From Flavobacteriales bacterium (GTDB lineage: Bacteria > Bacteroidota > Bacteroidia > Flavobacteriales_D > Sanyastnellaceae), in NCBI GenBank assembly GCA_028823145.1, contig JAPKCA010000001.1, forward strand, positions 240 to 64,239: 64,000 nt of DNA, written 5' to 3'. The translations under genes and the position numbers were made by a program. Within the stretch, counting starts at the first letter, position 1. Each line of letters begins with the position of its first letter. Positions 1 to 7,362 of this stretch are shown piece after piece. The notes beneath the pieces are model-generated. The model saw only the letters and a list, made by a program, of their open reading frames with translations. It had not been told where the DNA came from and made no database searches.

Positions 1-1
1 C

Positions 2-193
2 CTGTTTGAGGAATGCTCTGATTGTTCCGAAAACTGTGGTGAAGGAACTTACTATGAAGAGGATTCAGGAACTTGCTTACCGTTCGTTCCCGGATGTCCT
101 GCGGATGTTACCGGAGACGGGCTCGTCAATGTTTCTGATTTGCTTATACTACTGTCTCAGTTTGGTGATATTTGCGAGGAGGATCCCGAATGA
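2..193 (+). CDS. 3' end of a secreted protein, 5'-truncated by the window edge, ending in a dockerin-like Ca-binding repeat
   Basis: Frame 2 is open from the window edge to TGA at 191-193. It reads LFEECSDCSENCGEGTYYEEDSGTCLPFVPGCPADVTGDGLVNVSDLLILLSQFGDICEEDPE*. The DxxGDGxVNxxDLLxLLxxFG stretch fits a dockerin/EF-hand-type repeat. The listed ORF 6..197 is in another frame and has no recognisable features. Confidence 0.6.
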   Translation: MFEECSDCSENCGEGTYYEEDSGTCLPFVPGCPADVTGDGLVNVSDLLILLSQFGDICEEDPE

Positions 194-315
194 TTAATCC
201 TGACAACTAAAACGATGAAATCCCGGAATCCGACCGAGATATTCTCTGCGGATAGGCCCGCATCGAACGTGCAACCAAACCGGTAGAGGATGAGTTATAA
301 ATTCAACACCAAGAA

Positions 316-1092
316 ATGATGAAAAAATTATTATTCGTATTCGGTTTTGCGGCGATCTCTGGTCTCGGATTTGGTCAAGATCAGATCTGTCCAGGGGCCA
401 CTATTGAAATTTCAGCAGAAGGCATGTCGTTTTCTCCAGATGCTGCAATTGTGAATGTGGGATGGACCGTTGGATGGGTGAATTATGGCGGGAATCACGA
501 TGTAAATGGAATAACGAATTCTCTAACTCAACTTCCATTTGACAACCCTGAAGAATTTTACTTACCGACCGTGGAGGTTGACACTGTGCCCGTTTGTTTA
601 GGGACACACACTTTTACGATTCCTGGAGTTTATTATTACGATTGCACGACATACGGTCATGCTCAAGCTGGGATGGTCGGAAGTATTACAATCCACCTCC
701 CAGGATGCATGAATTCTCTGGCTTGCAATTATGATGATGCTGCAACAGAAGACAATGAAAGCTGTTTGTTCATCGGAGACGCTTGCGATGACGGTGACGA
801 AACCACACAGGATGACGTGATTCAAGAAGACTGCGGATGTGCTGGTTCACCCGCGTCTATTGTCGGTGAATTAGACGACATATCAGTCCTGATATTCCCT
901 AACCCTGTTGCATCAAATTTGACAATCACCTTAAGCTCAACCTCGACTCTTCAAGTTTTCAATTCTATTGGAAAATTAGTGGAGGAAACAGGACCCGTTT
1001 CAAGTTGGGTTTTCAATGTAAGTGACTGGAAAAAGGGGTTCTACACAGTGAAAACGCACGAGGGGAAAACGCATACGTTTATCGTTGAGTAG
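316..1092 (+). CDS. Secreted cupredoxin (plastocyanin/azurin-family type-1 copper protein) with a Cys-rich linker and a T9SS type-A C-terminal sorting domain
   Basis: Signal peptide MMKKLLFVFGFAAISGLGFGQ. Type-1 Cu ligand pattern: GNHDV ... YYYDCTTYGHAQAGMVG (C-x4-H-x4-M). The linker contains ACNY...SC. The C-terminus IFPNPVASNLTITL...FYTVKTHEGKTHTFIVE resembles a Por/T9SS CTD. Confidence 0.75.
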   Translation: MMKKLLFVFGFAAISGLGFGQDQICPGATIEISAEGMSFSPDAAIVNVGWTVGWVNYGGNHDVNGITNSLTQLPFDNPEEFYLPTVEVDTVPVCLGTHTFTIPGVYYYDCTTYGHAQAGMVGSITIHLPGCMNSLACNYDDAATEDNESCLFIGDACDDGDETTQDDVIQEDCGCAGSPASIVGELDDISVLIFPNPVASNLTITLSSTSTLQVFNSIGKLVEETGPVSSWVFNVSDWKKGFYTVKTHEGKTHTFIVE

Positions 1093-1180
1093 AACTTGAA
1101 TGGACAAGCAACTTGGAGCTACAGTCCTAGCTAAAACTATGAACTAGTGTTACGAGTTCTGAACGTTTGATAGATGATGC

Positions 1181-1243
1181 CAAATCCTCCTCAAAAAGTT
1201 TCGACTTCCCGCCTCTCTGCTCCACCAAAAATAAACCCACTCA
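1181..1243 (+). repeat. Intergenic repeat copy 1 (full form: left arm + core + right arm)
   Basis: Sequence is caaatcctcctcaaaaaGTTTCGACTTCCCGCCtctctgctccaccaaaaataaacccactca. The left arm plus core recur at 3474-3507. The core plus right arm recur at 2130-2175. Confidence 0.85.
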
Positions 1244-1265
1244 TTTGAGTGGGTTTTATTATTTT
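1233..1265 (+). terminator. Rho-independent terminator formed by the right arm of repeat copy 1
   Basis: Hairpin aaacccactca/tgagtgggttt followed by tattatttt. It lies downstream of the cupredoxin gene. Confidence 0.6.
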
Positions 1266-1272
1266 AGGGCCT

Positions 1273-2022
1273 ATGGAAAAAAGATGGAAAAGAATCTTGC
1301 TATTTTTAGTTATTGCAATAACTATATCTAATATTTTCAGGTTTGACGTTTTCGATCTTAAAGCCAATTTAGAAGAAATTCCAAGTTGGATTTACATACT
1401 AACTACTATTATTCTTGAAGGAAGTGGCGTATTAATTGGAGCTCTAATTGCTCTTTTTCTTCTAAAGAAAAAAAGAATAACCAAAATCTCTCTTTTTGGC
1501 ACATCAAAATCAAAAAGTCTAGTAATGATCATTATTCCGACAATCATCTTGACGATTATTGGAGTAGATAATGAATTTGAATTAAATCCTCATTTATATG
1601 GTTTTATATCAATCATAGGAACTTTATTGTACTGTGTAATGGAGGAATATGGATGGAGAGGTTACTTACAAGAAGAGTTAAAAACTATCAAACCATGGAA
1701 AAAATACCTCACTATTGGATTTTTATGGTACTTCTGGCACTTGACATTTTTAACAGAAGCTACAATAGGAGATAATCTATTCTTTTTAGCAATGATGATC
1801 TTTGGCAGCTGGGGTATTGGACAAGTAGTGGAATCTACAAAATCTATTTTGGCAAGTGCTTGTTTCCATTTAATTATACAAATTATGATGTTTAATGCAC
1901 TAATCAAAAATGGAATTGATATGACGGAAAAACTTATAATCTTAGTTGTTTCCGTTGTTCTTTGGTTTATGATTATTAAAAAATGGGAGAAAGAAGAACT
2001 TGTTAAAAAAGTTCGAAATTAG
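1273..2022 (+). CDS. CPBP family intramembrane glutamic endopeptidase (CAAX protease / Abi-like)
   Basis: Multi-pass membrane protein with EEYGWRGYLQ (EExxxR), WYFWHLTF and CFHLIIQ motifs. I moved the start to ATG 1273 because the listed GTG 1249 lies inside the terminator hairpin. The gene is very AT-rich: a hand count of 1261-1320 gives 28% GC. Confidence 0.75.
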   Translation: MEKRWKRILLFLVIAITISNIFRFDVFDLKANLEEIPSWIYILTTIILEGSGVLIGALIALFLLKKKRITKISLFGTSKSKSLVMIIIPTIILTIIGVDNEFELNPHLYGFISIIGTLLYCVMEEYGWRGYLQEELKTIKPWKKYLTIGFLWYFWHLTFLTEATIGDNLFFLAMMIFGSWGIGQVVESTKSILASACFHLIIQIMMFNALIKNGIDMTEKLIILVVSVVLWFMIIKKWEKEELVKKVRN

Positions 2023-2129
2023 GACCGAGAGGCCCACCGATTTTGTATTTAAATACAAATTTTAGATTTTTTAGTCTTGATTTTCAGGGTTCAATTTGTC
2101 TAAAATTTTCTGGAGATCGTTGTCGAAGT

Positions 2130-2175
2130 GTTTCGACTTCCCGCCTCTCTGCTCCACTAAAAATAAACCCACTCA
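2130..2175 (+). repeat. Intergenic repeat copy 2 (core + right arm only)
   Basis: GTTTCGACTTCCCGCCtctctgctccactaaaaataaacccactca matches copy 1 positions 1198-1243 with one mismatch. The left arm is unrelated, and the 3' hairpin arm is degenerate (gttgtgagaatttta). Confidence 0.85.
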
Positions 2176-2187
2176 GTTGTGAGAATT

Positions 2188-3381
2188 TTATTCTAAAATT
2201 ATTTTCTTCTCTACAGTATTGTCTTCGTAGATATAGAGTAGGGGGGTGTTGGGCTTAAGTGTTGTCTCTCTTCCCAACAGATCTGTAATTAGGACAAGTT
2301 GTTTTTCAAAAGCTGATTCACTAAACGTATCATTTATTGTAACTAGAGCACAAGCATCAGTGATTTCATTTTCTGAATTACAGCCCCCATCGTTTAATTC
2401 AATTGTAGATGGCCCAAAATCATTAGTGAGGTACGAGCAAATATTATCTAACGAGCAGTAATTCAGATTTCCACAATTCATTATTGTGAGGTGAGTGATG
2501 TTTTGTTCCTCTACATTTTCTAACCCATACAAGCTTGTTAGACTTTCGCAATTGTAAACTAAAATTTCCCCATTGAATTCAACTACGGAGAACAAGCCTT
2601 CAAGACTGTTTAGACTGGTATTACTCCAAAGGTTGATATTTGTTCCAATTGAGATTACTGATGAAAGTGCATCTAGGTTTTCTAATATGGGGTTTTTTCG
2701 TATGATAAGATTGCCACCAATAGCATCAATATTTTCGAGGCCTTCTAATGAATGCAATCCATCCATTTCATCGATATTAATATCACCACCCACAGTAGAA
2801 AAGTTAGAAAAGCCAGAAAGATTGGGCAAAGCATAATTTTCTTCAAGATTGATGCTTCCCGGTATTTCACTGATGCCTTCAAATCCGACAATCTCTATCA
2901 GTTCATTGCATTCGTAAATATTGATGCTTCCTACGTATTGCAAATTGTCTAGGCCATGGGTGCTCAATAAATCGTCACACTCATATAAGTTGAAACCCTC
3001 TCCAATATAAGATACATTGTTCAGACCTTGTAAGTTCACAAGAGTACCATGTGGTTCGTCAATAGTGATGTGACCACCAACGTAGGTAAGGTTCTCGAGA
3101 CCTACAAGAGAGCTCAGATCACATTCGTTACAAAAAAGGTTACCGCTAATTGAATCTAATTGAGCTAGTGCAGGAAAGCCTGCTAAATCTGAGGTACCTC
3201 CATATGGCAGTCGAAGACTATTTGGAAGACAGCTGCAGCTCGGGTAATCAATTACAAATTGAGCTATGTCCGAGCAATTGTAATAATCAGGATATCCAGA
3301 AGTCGGACAGCCCTGAGAGTAGACTTTTAATGTCGACAAGAATATTAGGCAAACCATAAATATTTTCGATGCTGATTTCAT
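2188..3381 (-). CDS. Secreted leucine-rich-repeat (BspA/LRR_5-like) protein with a T9SS C-terminal domain
   Basis: Signal peptide MKSASKIFMVCLIFLSTLKVYSQ. About 10 tandem ~22-aa units of the form L-x-GLENL-x-x-(I/V)GG-x-(I/L)-x-I-x-x-N-x-x-L. The C-terminus LVLITDLLGRETTLKPNTPLLYIYEDNTVEKKIILE resembles a T9SS CTD. Low GC: a hand count of 2581-2640 gives 38%. Confidence 0.7.
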   Translation of the reverse strand: MKSASKIFMVCLIFLSTLKVYSQGCPTSGYPDYYNCSDIAQFVIDYPSCSCLPNSLRLPYGGTSDLAGFPALAQLDSISGNLFCNECDLSSLVGLENLTYVGGHITIDEPHGTLVNLQGLNNVSYIGEGFNLYECDDLLSTHGLDNLQYVGSINIYECNELIEIVGFEGISEIPGSINLEENYALPNLSGFSNFSTVGGDINIDEMDGLHSLEGLENIDAIGGNLIIRKNPILENLDALSSVISIGTNINLWSNTSLNSLEGLFSVVEFNGEILVYNCESLTSLYGLENVEEQNITHLTIMNCGNLNYCSLDNICSYLTNDFGPSTIELNDGGCNSENEITDACALVTINDTFSESAFEKQLVLITDLLGRETTLKPNTPLLYIYEDNTVEKKIILE

Positions 3382-3473
3382 TCGTTGAATGTACCAATTT
3401 AAGATGAGTTGATTGCTTTAAACTCAGGGGTAAGATGCAATCGAAAATAATTCAGATAGTTGTCTAGTGTTAG

Positions 3474-3507
3474 TCAAATCCTCCTCAAAATGTTTCGACT
3501 TCCCGCC
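3474..3507 (+). repeat. Intergenic repeat copy 3 (left arm + core only)
   Basis: tcaaatcctcctcaaaatGTTTCGACTTCCCGCC matches copy 1 positions 1180-1213 with 2 mismatches over 34 nt (the first base, and the a/t just before the core). Sequence after the core diverges. The further-upstream 'ctagtgtta' is also shared with 1144-1152. Confidence 0.8.
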
Positions 3508-3560
3508 CCGTTTCTCCTATATCTCAATGTCAATGAGTGGCATACTTTATAAATACAATG

Positions 3561-3589
3561 AGAAGGCCCCGCATTTTGCTGGGCCTTCT
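3561..3589 (-). terminator. Strong stem-loop, probably the terminator of the 3708..4250 gene
   Basis: agaaggccc / gggccttct stem (9 bp) with an 11-nt loop. On the minus strand it is followed by a moderately T-rich stretch (cattgtatttat). Confidence 0.4.
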
Positions 3590-3707
3590 TCATAAATCGT
3601 GTTGTTGAATGTCAGTGTGTATTCCTGATCGCTGAACACGCGTTCTTACAGTGAATAATCCTGGACGCAGCGAGCAGCGAAGCCGCAGGGACGAATGCCA
3701 CGTGAAG

Positions 3708-4250
3708 TTATTGCCCGTAGTAACACGAACCATTCAGCTGCATCAGATAGGCCATGGTCCGGATCGGACGACCAGAGGAACTCATCCCCCCAACACGGTT
3801 GGTTGAAACTTCTCCAATCGTGCCATCCGGAAAATGCAAGAAGTACCGTGTGCCGTGTTGCATGGGTTGGTTTGTCGCATTGACCCCACGATCCATCAAC
3901 AAGACCTGGTGACTCATCTCTTCAGATTCTTCAACCAGGATGTGTCTGTGGTTTTCCGATGTCTGGTTTGGATCAGAGAGGTCGTTGACTCCAGCATGAA
4001 GCACAATTATTTGAGCGTCCGAAGGCAACTGGAGCATTTCAGACTCCTTGCCCAACCAGTCCAGTTCACTGACCAATGGTGACTCGCCGCCGCCACCTGT
4101 CCATGCCGAGCCGAAAATCCCAAGGAAAGGCAAAAGATCTGGCATTTCAATGGCCCGGTTTCCATCAAAATCCGGATTCCAACCCGGATGGTTTTGGGCC
4201 GTTGCACACAAGGCCAAGGTCACAGAAACAACCAGTAAACCGTATTTCAT
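3708..4250 (-). CDS. Small secreted hypothetical protein with an N-terminal dockerin-like half-site
   Basis: Signal peptide MKYGLLVVSVTLALCATAQ, then NPDFDGNRAIEMPDLLPFLGIFG. This parallels GDFNQDGARNLPDILLLLMHYG in the 45243..48980 protein. The rest is unrecognised. Confidence 0.5.
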   Translation of the reverse strand: MKYGLLVVSVTLALCATAQNHPGWNPDFDGNRAIEMPDLLPFLGIFGSAWTGGGGESPLVSELDWLGKESEMLQLPSDAQIIVLHAGVNDLSDPNQTSENHRHILVEESEEMSHQVLLMDRGVNATNQPMQHGTRYFLHFPDGTIGEVSTNRVGGMSSSGRPIRTMAYLMQLNGSCYYGQ

Positions 4251-4336
4251 GCTTTCACTCTTTGAATTGATTTCAAGATGAAAGCTAATTACGTGCTGGC
4301 TGGAAGCTCCTTTAAGCCGAGGAACTTACCCACAGT

Positions 4337-6199
4337 TTATTCCACAACCAGCACCCATGCAGCCCAAGCGGGAATCGTCAACTCACCGCCTGTATGACGC
4401 TCTCCTGTCAATGCATTCACCACATGTGCGCCCGCTGGAATCATTTCACTAAATCGGGTCAAATCCATCACTTCCGGCTCTTGAGACTTGTTGAGAATCA
4501 CCATTATTTTTTGATCGTCGTTGAAACGGAAATACACGTAACTCCCCTTTTCTGGGACATAATGCATGAGTCGACCGTCGTGAATGGCTGAAGCCGTTTT
4601 CCTCCAATTCATCAGGCTTCGAAATTCAGATTGAAAAGCTTGGGATTCATCAGATAACCCACGACCTGATCGAACATCAACCGCATCTCCATCCCAACCT
4701 CCCGGAAGATCACTCCGGATGTTGCCGTGGCTATCATCGCCCGTATTGGACATCAAGATTTCCGTGCCGTAATAGAATTGCGGCGTCCCGCGCATGGTGG
4801 CAAAAAAATAGGTGGCCAATCGAGTCAAGTTCACATCGTCTCCGAGTTGTGTGTGGATCCGACTCATATCGTGGTTGTCTGGGAAAATGATATGAGCTGA
4901 TGCATCGGGATAGAGGTAGTCATTGCCCAACATTTCATACATCTGCACCCAATCCGAATGCCAAGACTCCTCTTCGGTCAGGGATGTGATGAGCGCGTCG
5001 TGCAATGGGAAATCCAGCAACCCTGGCAAGCACGATGTGTAACCATTGGCGTTGGATTGACCCGCCTGCCAATAGGCCAAAACCGATGGATTCAGGCTCC
5101 ACTCTTCGCCGCACATGTTGAACTCGGGATAGGCATCCATGACCGCACAACTCCATCGGCTCATAAAAGCCGCATCGGAATATGGATAGGTGTCCATTCG
5201 AATGCCACCAATCCCGAGGTACTCGATCCACCACAGCGTATTTTGAATGAGGTAATCGGCCAACAGTGGTTGCCGCTGGTTGAGGTCCGGCATAGTTTCT
5301 ACAAACCAACCATCCGCGAAGCCTTTGACATCGGATTGGGCTGCATATGGATCGCGGAGGGATGTCCGGCGATGCGTTGTTGGGATGAATGTGTTGTCGT
5401 TGTTGACCCAATCCCTGGTTGGCAAATCCTTCATCCAAGGATGCTCGGACCCGCAATGGTTCATGATCATGTCCATGATGACTTTCATGCCCTTATCCCG
5501 GGCACTTTGCACTAATTGACGGTAGTCTTCGTTGCTTCCAAAGCGCGGGTCGACCCGGTAATAGTCCGTAGTAGAATAGCCATGATACGACCATTGAGGC
5601 TGGTTGTTTTCCAACACCGGATTCAACCAAATAGCGGTGAATCCCATGGAGTCCAAGTAGTCCAAATGCTGCTCAATCCCCACCAAGTCACCACCATGCC
5701 GGCCAAAATCAATGGTTCGGTTGGGGCCTTCCAACATGTCCGGATGAGCATCGTTGGACGAGTCTCCATTGGCAAATCGATCCGGCGTGATGAGGCAAAC
5801 CACATCCGCATTGGTATATCCGGTGATTTCAAAATCCGGGGACCTCGCTTCCAACCTATACGGTGTGCGACCAACGGTTCGACCCTTGGGGTCTTTCCAT
5901 TGAATAACAAACGTTCCAGGTTGGGTCTCTTCGTCAATATGGAGGTACAGAAACACATAATTTTCACTTTCCACGGTCACGGCACGATCCAACCGGATTC
6001 CGGGAAAATCGACATAGGGCGTCAATTGAACCAATCGGTCCCCGTGGATCATCAGTTGCAATTCGGAATGGTGCATCCCGACCCACCAATTGGGGGGTTC
6101 TACGGTGTCAATCCACGATTGGGATTGCCCGGTCATCGCAAAAACCGAAACCAAGATGAATACTCCACTTAATTTTCTCCACCGTAATCTCCAATTCAT
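4337..6199 (-). CDS. Glycoside hydrolase family 13 alpha-amylase / cyclomaltodextrinase-like enzyme, secreted
   Basis: The four GH13 regions are present: VIMDMIMNH, GIGGIRMDTYPY, CGEEWS, FPDNHDMSR. The start is set at MNWRLRWRKLSGVFILVSVFAMTGQSQ (ATG 6199), which gives a signal peptide. Confidence 0.85.
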   Translation of the reverse strand: MNWRLRWRKLSGVFILVSVFAMTGQSQSWIDTVEPPNWWVGMHHSELQLMIHGDRLVQLTPYVDFPGIRLDRAVTVESENYVFLYLHIDEETQPGTFVIQWKDPKGRTVGRTPYRLEARSPDFEITGYTNADVVCLITPDRFANGDSSNDAHPDMLEGPNRTIDFGRHGGDLVGIEQHLDYLDSMGFTAIWLNPVLENNQPQWSYHGYSTTDYYRVDPRFGSNEDYRQLVQSARDKGMKVIMDMIMNHCGSEHPWMKDLPTRDWVNNDNTFIPTTHRRTSLRDPYAAQSDVKGFADGWFVETMPDLNQRQPLLADYLIQNTLWWIEYLGIGGIRMDTYPYSDAAFMSRWSCAVMDAYPEFNMCGEEWSLNPSVLAYWQAGQSNANGYTSCLPGLLDFPLHDALITSLTEEESWHSDWVQMYEMLGNDYLYPDASAHIIFPDNHDMSRIHTQLGDDVNLTRLATYFFATMRGTPQFYYGTEILMSNTGDDSHGNIRSDLPGGWDGDAVDVRSGRGLSDESQAFQSEFRSLMNWRKTASAIHDGRLMHYVPEKGSYVYFRFNDDQKIMVILNKSQEPEVMDLTRFSEMIPAGAHVVNALTGERHTGGELTIPAWAAWVLVVE

Positions 6200-6261
6200 G
6201 CTCAAGTTTAGTTCAGGATGTTCGCATGGGAAAGAATTTCCCTCATCTTTGAGATGAATCA

Positions 6262-7356
6262 ATGAACATGGAATTGCTGCAATCACTTGAGACAGGAAAC
6301 ATCAGCACCTGGATGGTCTTGGGAGTGCTCATCACGTTTAGCATCATTGAAATCGGATTTGGATTTCTGAAGCAATCACAGCGATCAAAAGACGACTGGA
6401 CGCTCGAAATCATCAGCTTTATCACCTTGTCTTTGCTGGTCAAACCATTGGTTTTGGGGATAACCCTTTTTCTTTGCGCCGCGGTGATTCCGGACACCGA
6501 ACAAGCCCTGGCCTGGATTCCATTTGGCTGGGCATGCCTGATGTATTTGTTGACCGATGATTTGATTCAATACTTCTATCACCGTGGTGCCCACGCGCAC
6601 CCTTTTTTCTGGAAGTTGCATCGGGCCCACCACCAAGCAGAAGAAATGGGCTTTTTCGTTTCGTACCGAAATGCCGCCTTGTATTACCTCCTCATGCCAA
6701 ATGTCTGGTGGTTGGGACTCGTCGTTTTTTGGGGCGGTGCAGGACCTGCCGCACTCGGATTGGTCATCAAGCAAGCCATCATCATCAGTTCACATAGCCG
6801 CGTAACGTGGGATGCGCCTTTTTATCGTCACAAACTGTTGCGCCCTTTGATTCGGCTGTTGGAACGCATTTTCATCACCCCTGCATTCCATCATGCCCAC
6901 CACGGCCAATCCAAAGCAGATGGAGTCAGCAACCCCAACGGGAATTTCGGCAACCTCTTTTCAATTTGGGACCAACTATTCGGGTCTGCTCATTTCCCAC
7001 GATCCTTCCCAGTTGCCTACGGTTTGCCGCAGGCAACCCATGATCGCTGGCACGCAGCCTACCTCTATCCCCTGGCCGCTTCTTCGGACCCAAAAAGTGA
7101 GTTGTCGCGCGGGTTTAAAAAACATAACACCACTTCCTCCAAGCCATCGAGGCAACAAGTGGAAGCGGGAAAAACGTACCTATGGTGCAGCTGTGGCCTC
7201 AGCCAAAACCAACCTTTTTGCGATGGATCTCATCATGGAACCGGCCATCAACCGGTGGTTTATGTGGCTCAAAAAGATGCAAATCTTTCCTTTTGTCATT
7301 GCAAACACACGGGGAAACCACCGTTTTGCGACAATTCCCATTTGACGGCTAAATAG
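6262..7356 (+). CDS. Fatty acid hydroxylase / sterol desaturase-family membrane di-iron enzyme fused to a C-terminal double CDGSH iron-sulfur domain
   Basis: His boxes YHRGAHAH, HRAHH and FHHAHHG sit in a multi-TM N-terminal region. The C-terminus carries CSCGLSQNQPFCDGSH and CHCKHTGKPPFCDNSH, which fit the CDGSH [2Fe-2S] signature. Confidence 0.8.
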   Translation: MNMELLQSLETGNISTWMVLGVLITFSIIEIGFGFLKQSQRSKDDWTLEIISFITLSLLVKPLVLGITLFLCAAVIPDTEQALAWIPFGWACLMYLLTDDLIQYFYHRGAHAHPFFWKLHRAHHQAEEMGFFVSYRNAALYYLLMPNVWWLGLVVFWGGAGPAALGLVIKQAIIISSHSRVTWDAPFYRHKLLRPLIRLLERIFITPAFHHAHHGQSKADGVSNPNGNFGNLFSIWDQLFGSAHFPRSFPVAYGLPQATHDRWHAAYLYPLAASSDPKSELSRGFKKHNTTSSKPSRQQVEAGKTYLWCSCGLSQNQPFCDGSHHGTGHQPVVYVAQKDANLSFCHCKHTGKPPFCDNSHLTAK

Positions 7357-7362
7357 TCTAGG

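Noticed and set aside
6-197. Listed 63-aa ORF at the window start
   Set aside because: It is in the wrong frame. The frame open from the window edge (2..193) encodes a convincing Cys-rich plus dockerin-like C-terminus, whereas this one has no recognisable features.
1198-1230. Repeat core as a functional tRNA or tmRNA gene
   Set aside because: Only a 3'-end-like fragment is present. There is no complementary 5' acceptor strand and no D or anticodon arm. The T-arm to acceptor spacing is 5 nt too long, and copy 2 has CCACT instead of CCACCA.
1249-1272. GTG 1249 start of the CPBP gene
   Set aside because: It lies inside the terminator hairpin (1233-1256). ATG 1273 gives a normal N-terminus (MEKRWKRILLF...).
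1100-3600. Integron-like cassette array
   Set aside because: No intI gene or Pc/attI is visible. The two cassettes are in opposite orientation. The repeats are direct with swapped arms, not the imperfect inverted-repeat attC structure.
3695-4281. Several overlapping plus-strand ORFs (62-82 aa) opposite the 3708..4250 gene
   Set aside because: They have no signal peptides or motifs. They look like shadows of the higher-GC minus-strand gene, which has a clean signal peptide.
5516-6172. 218-aa plus-strand ORF inside the GH13 gene, plus 4958..5515
   Set aside because: It is antisense to a gene with all four GH13 signature regions. The composition is Arg/Pro/Gly-rich, as expected of shadow ORFs.
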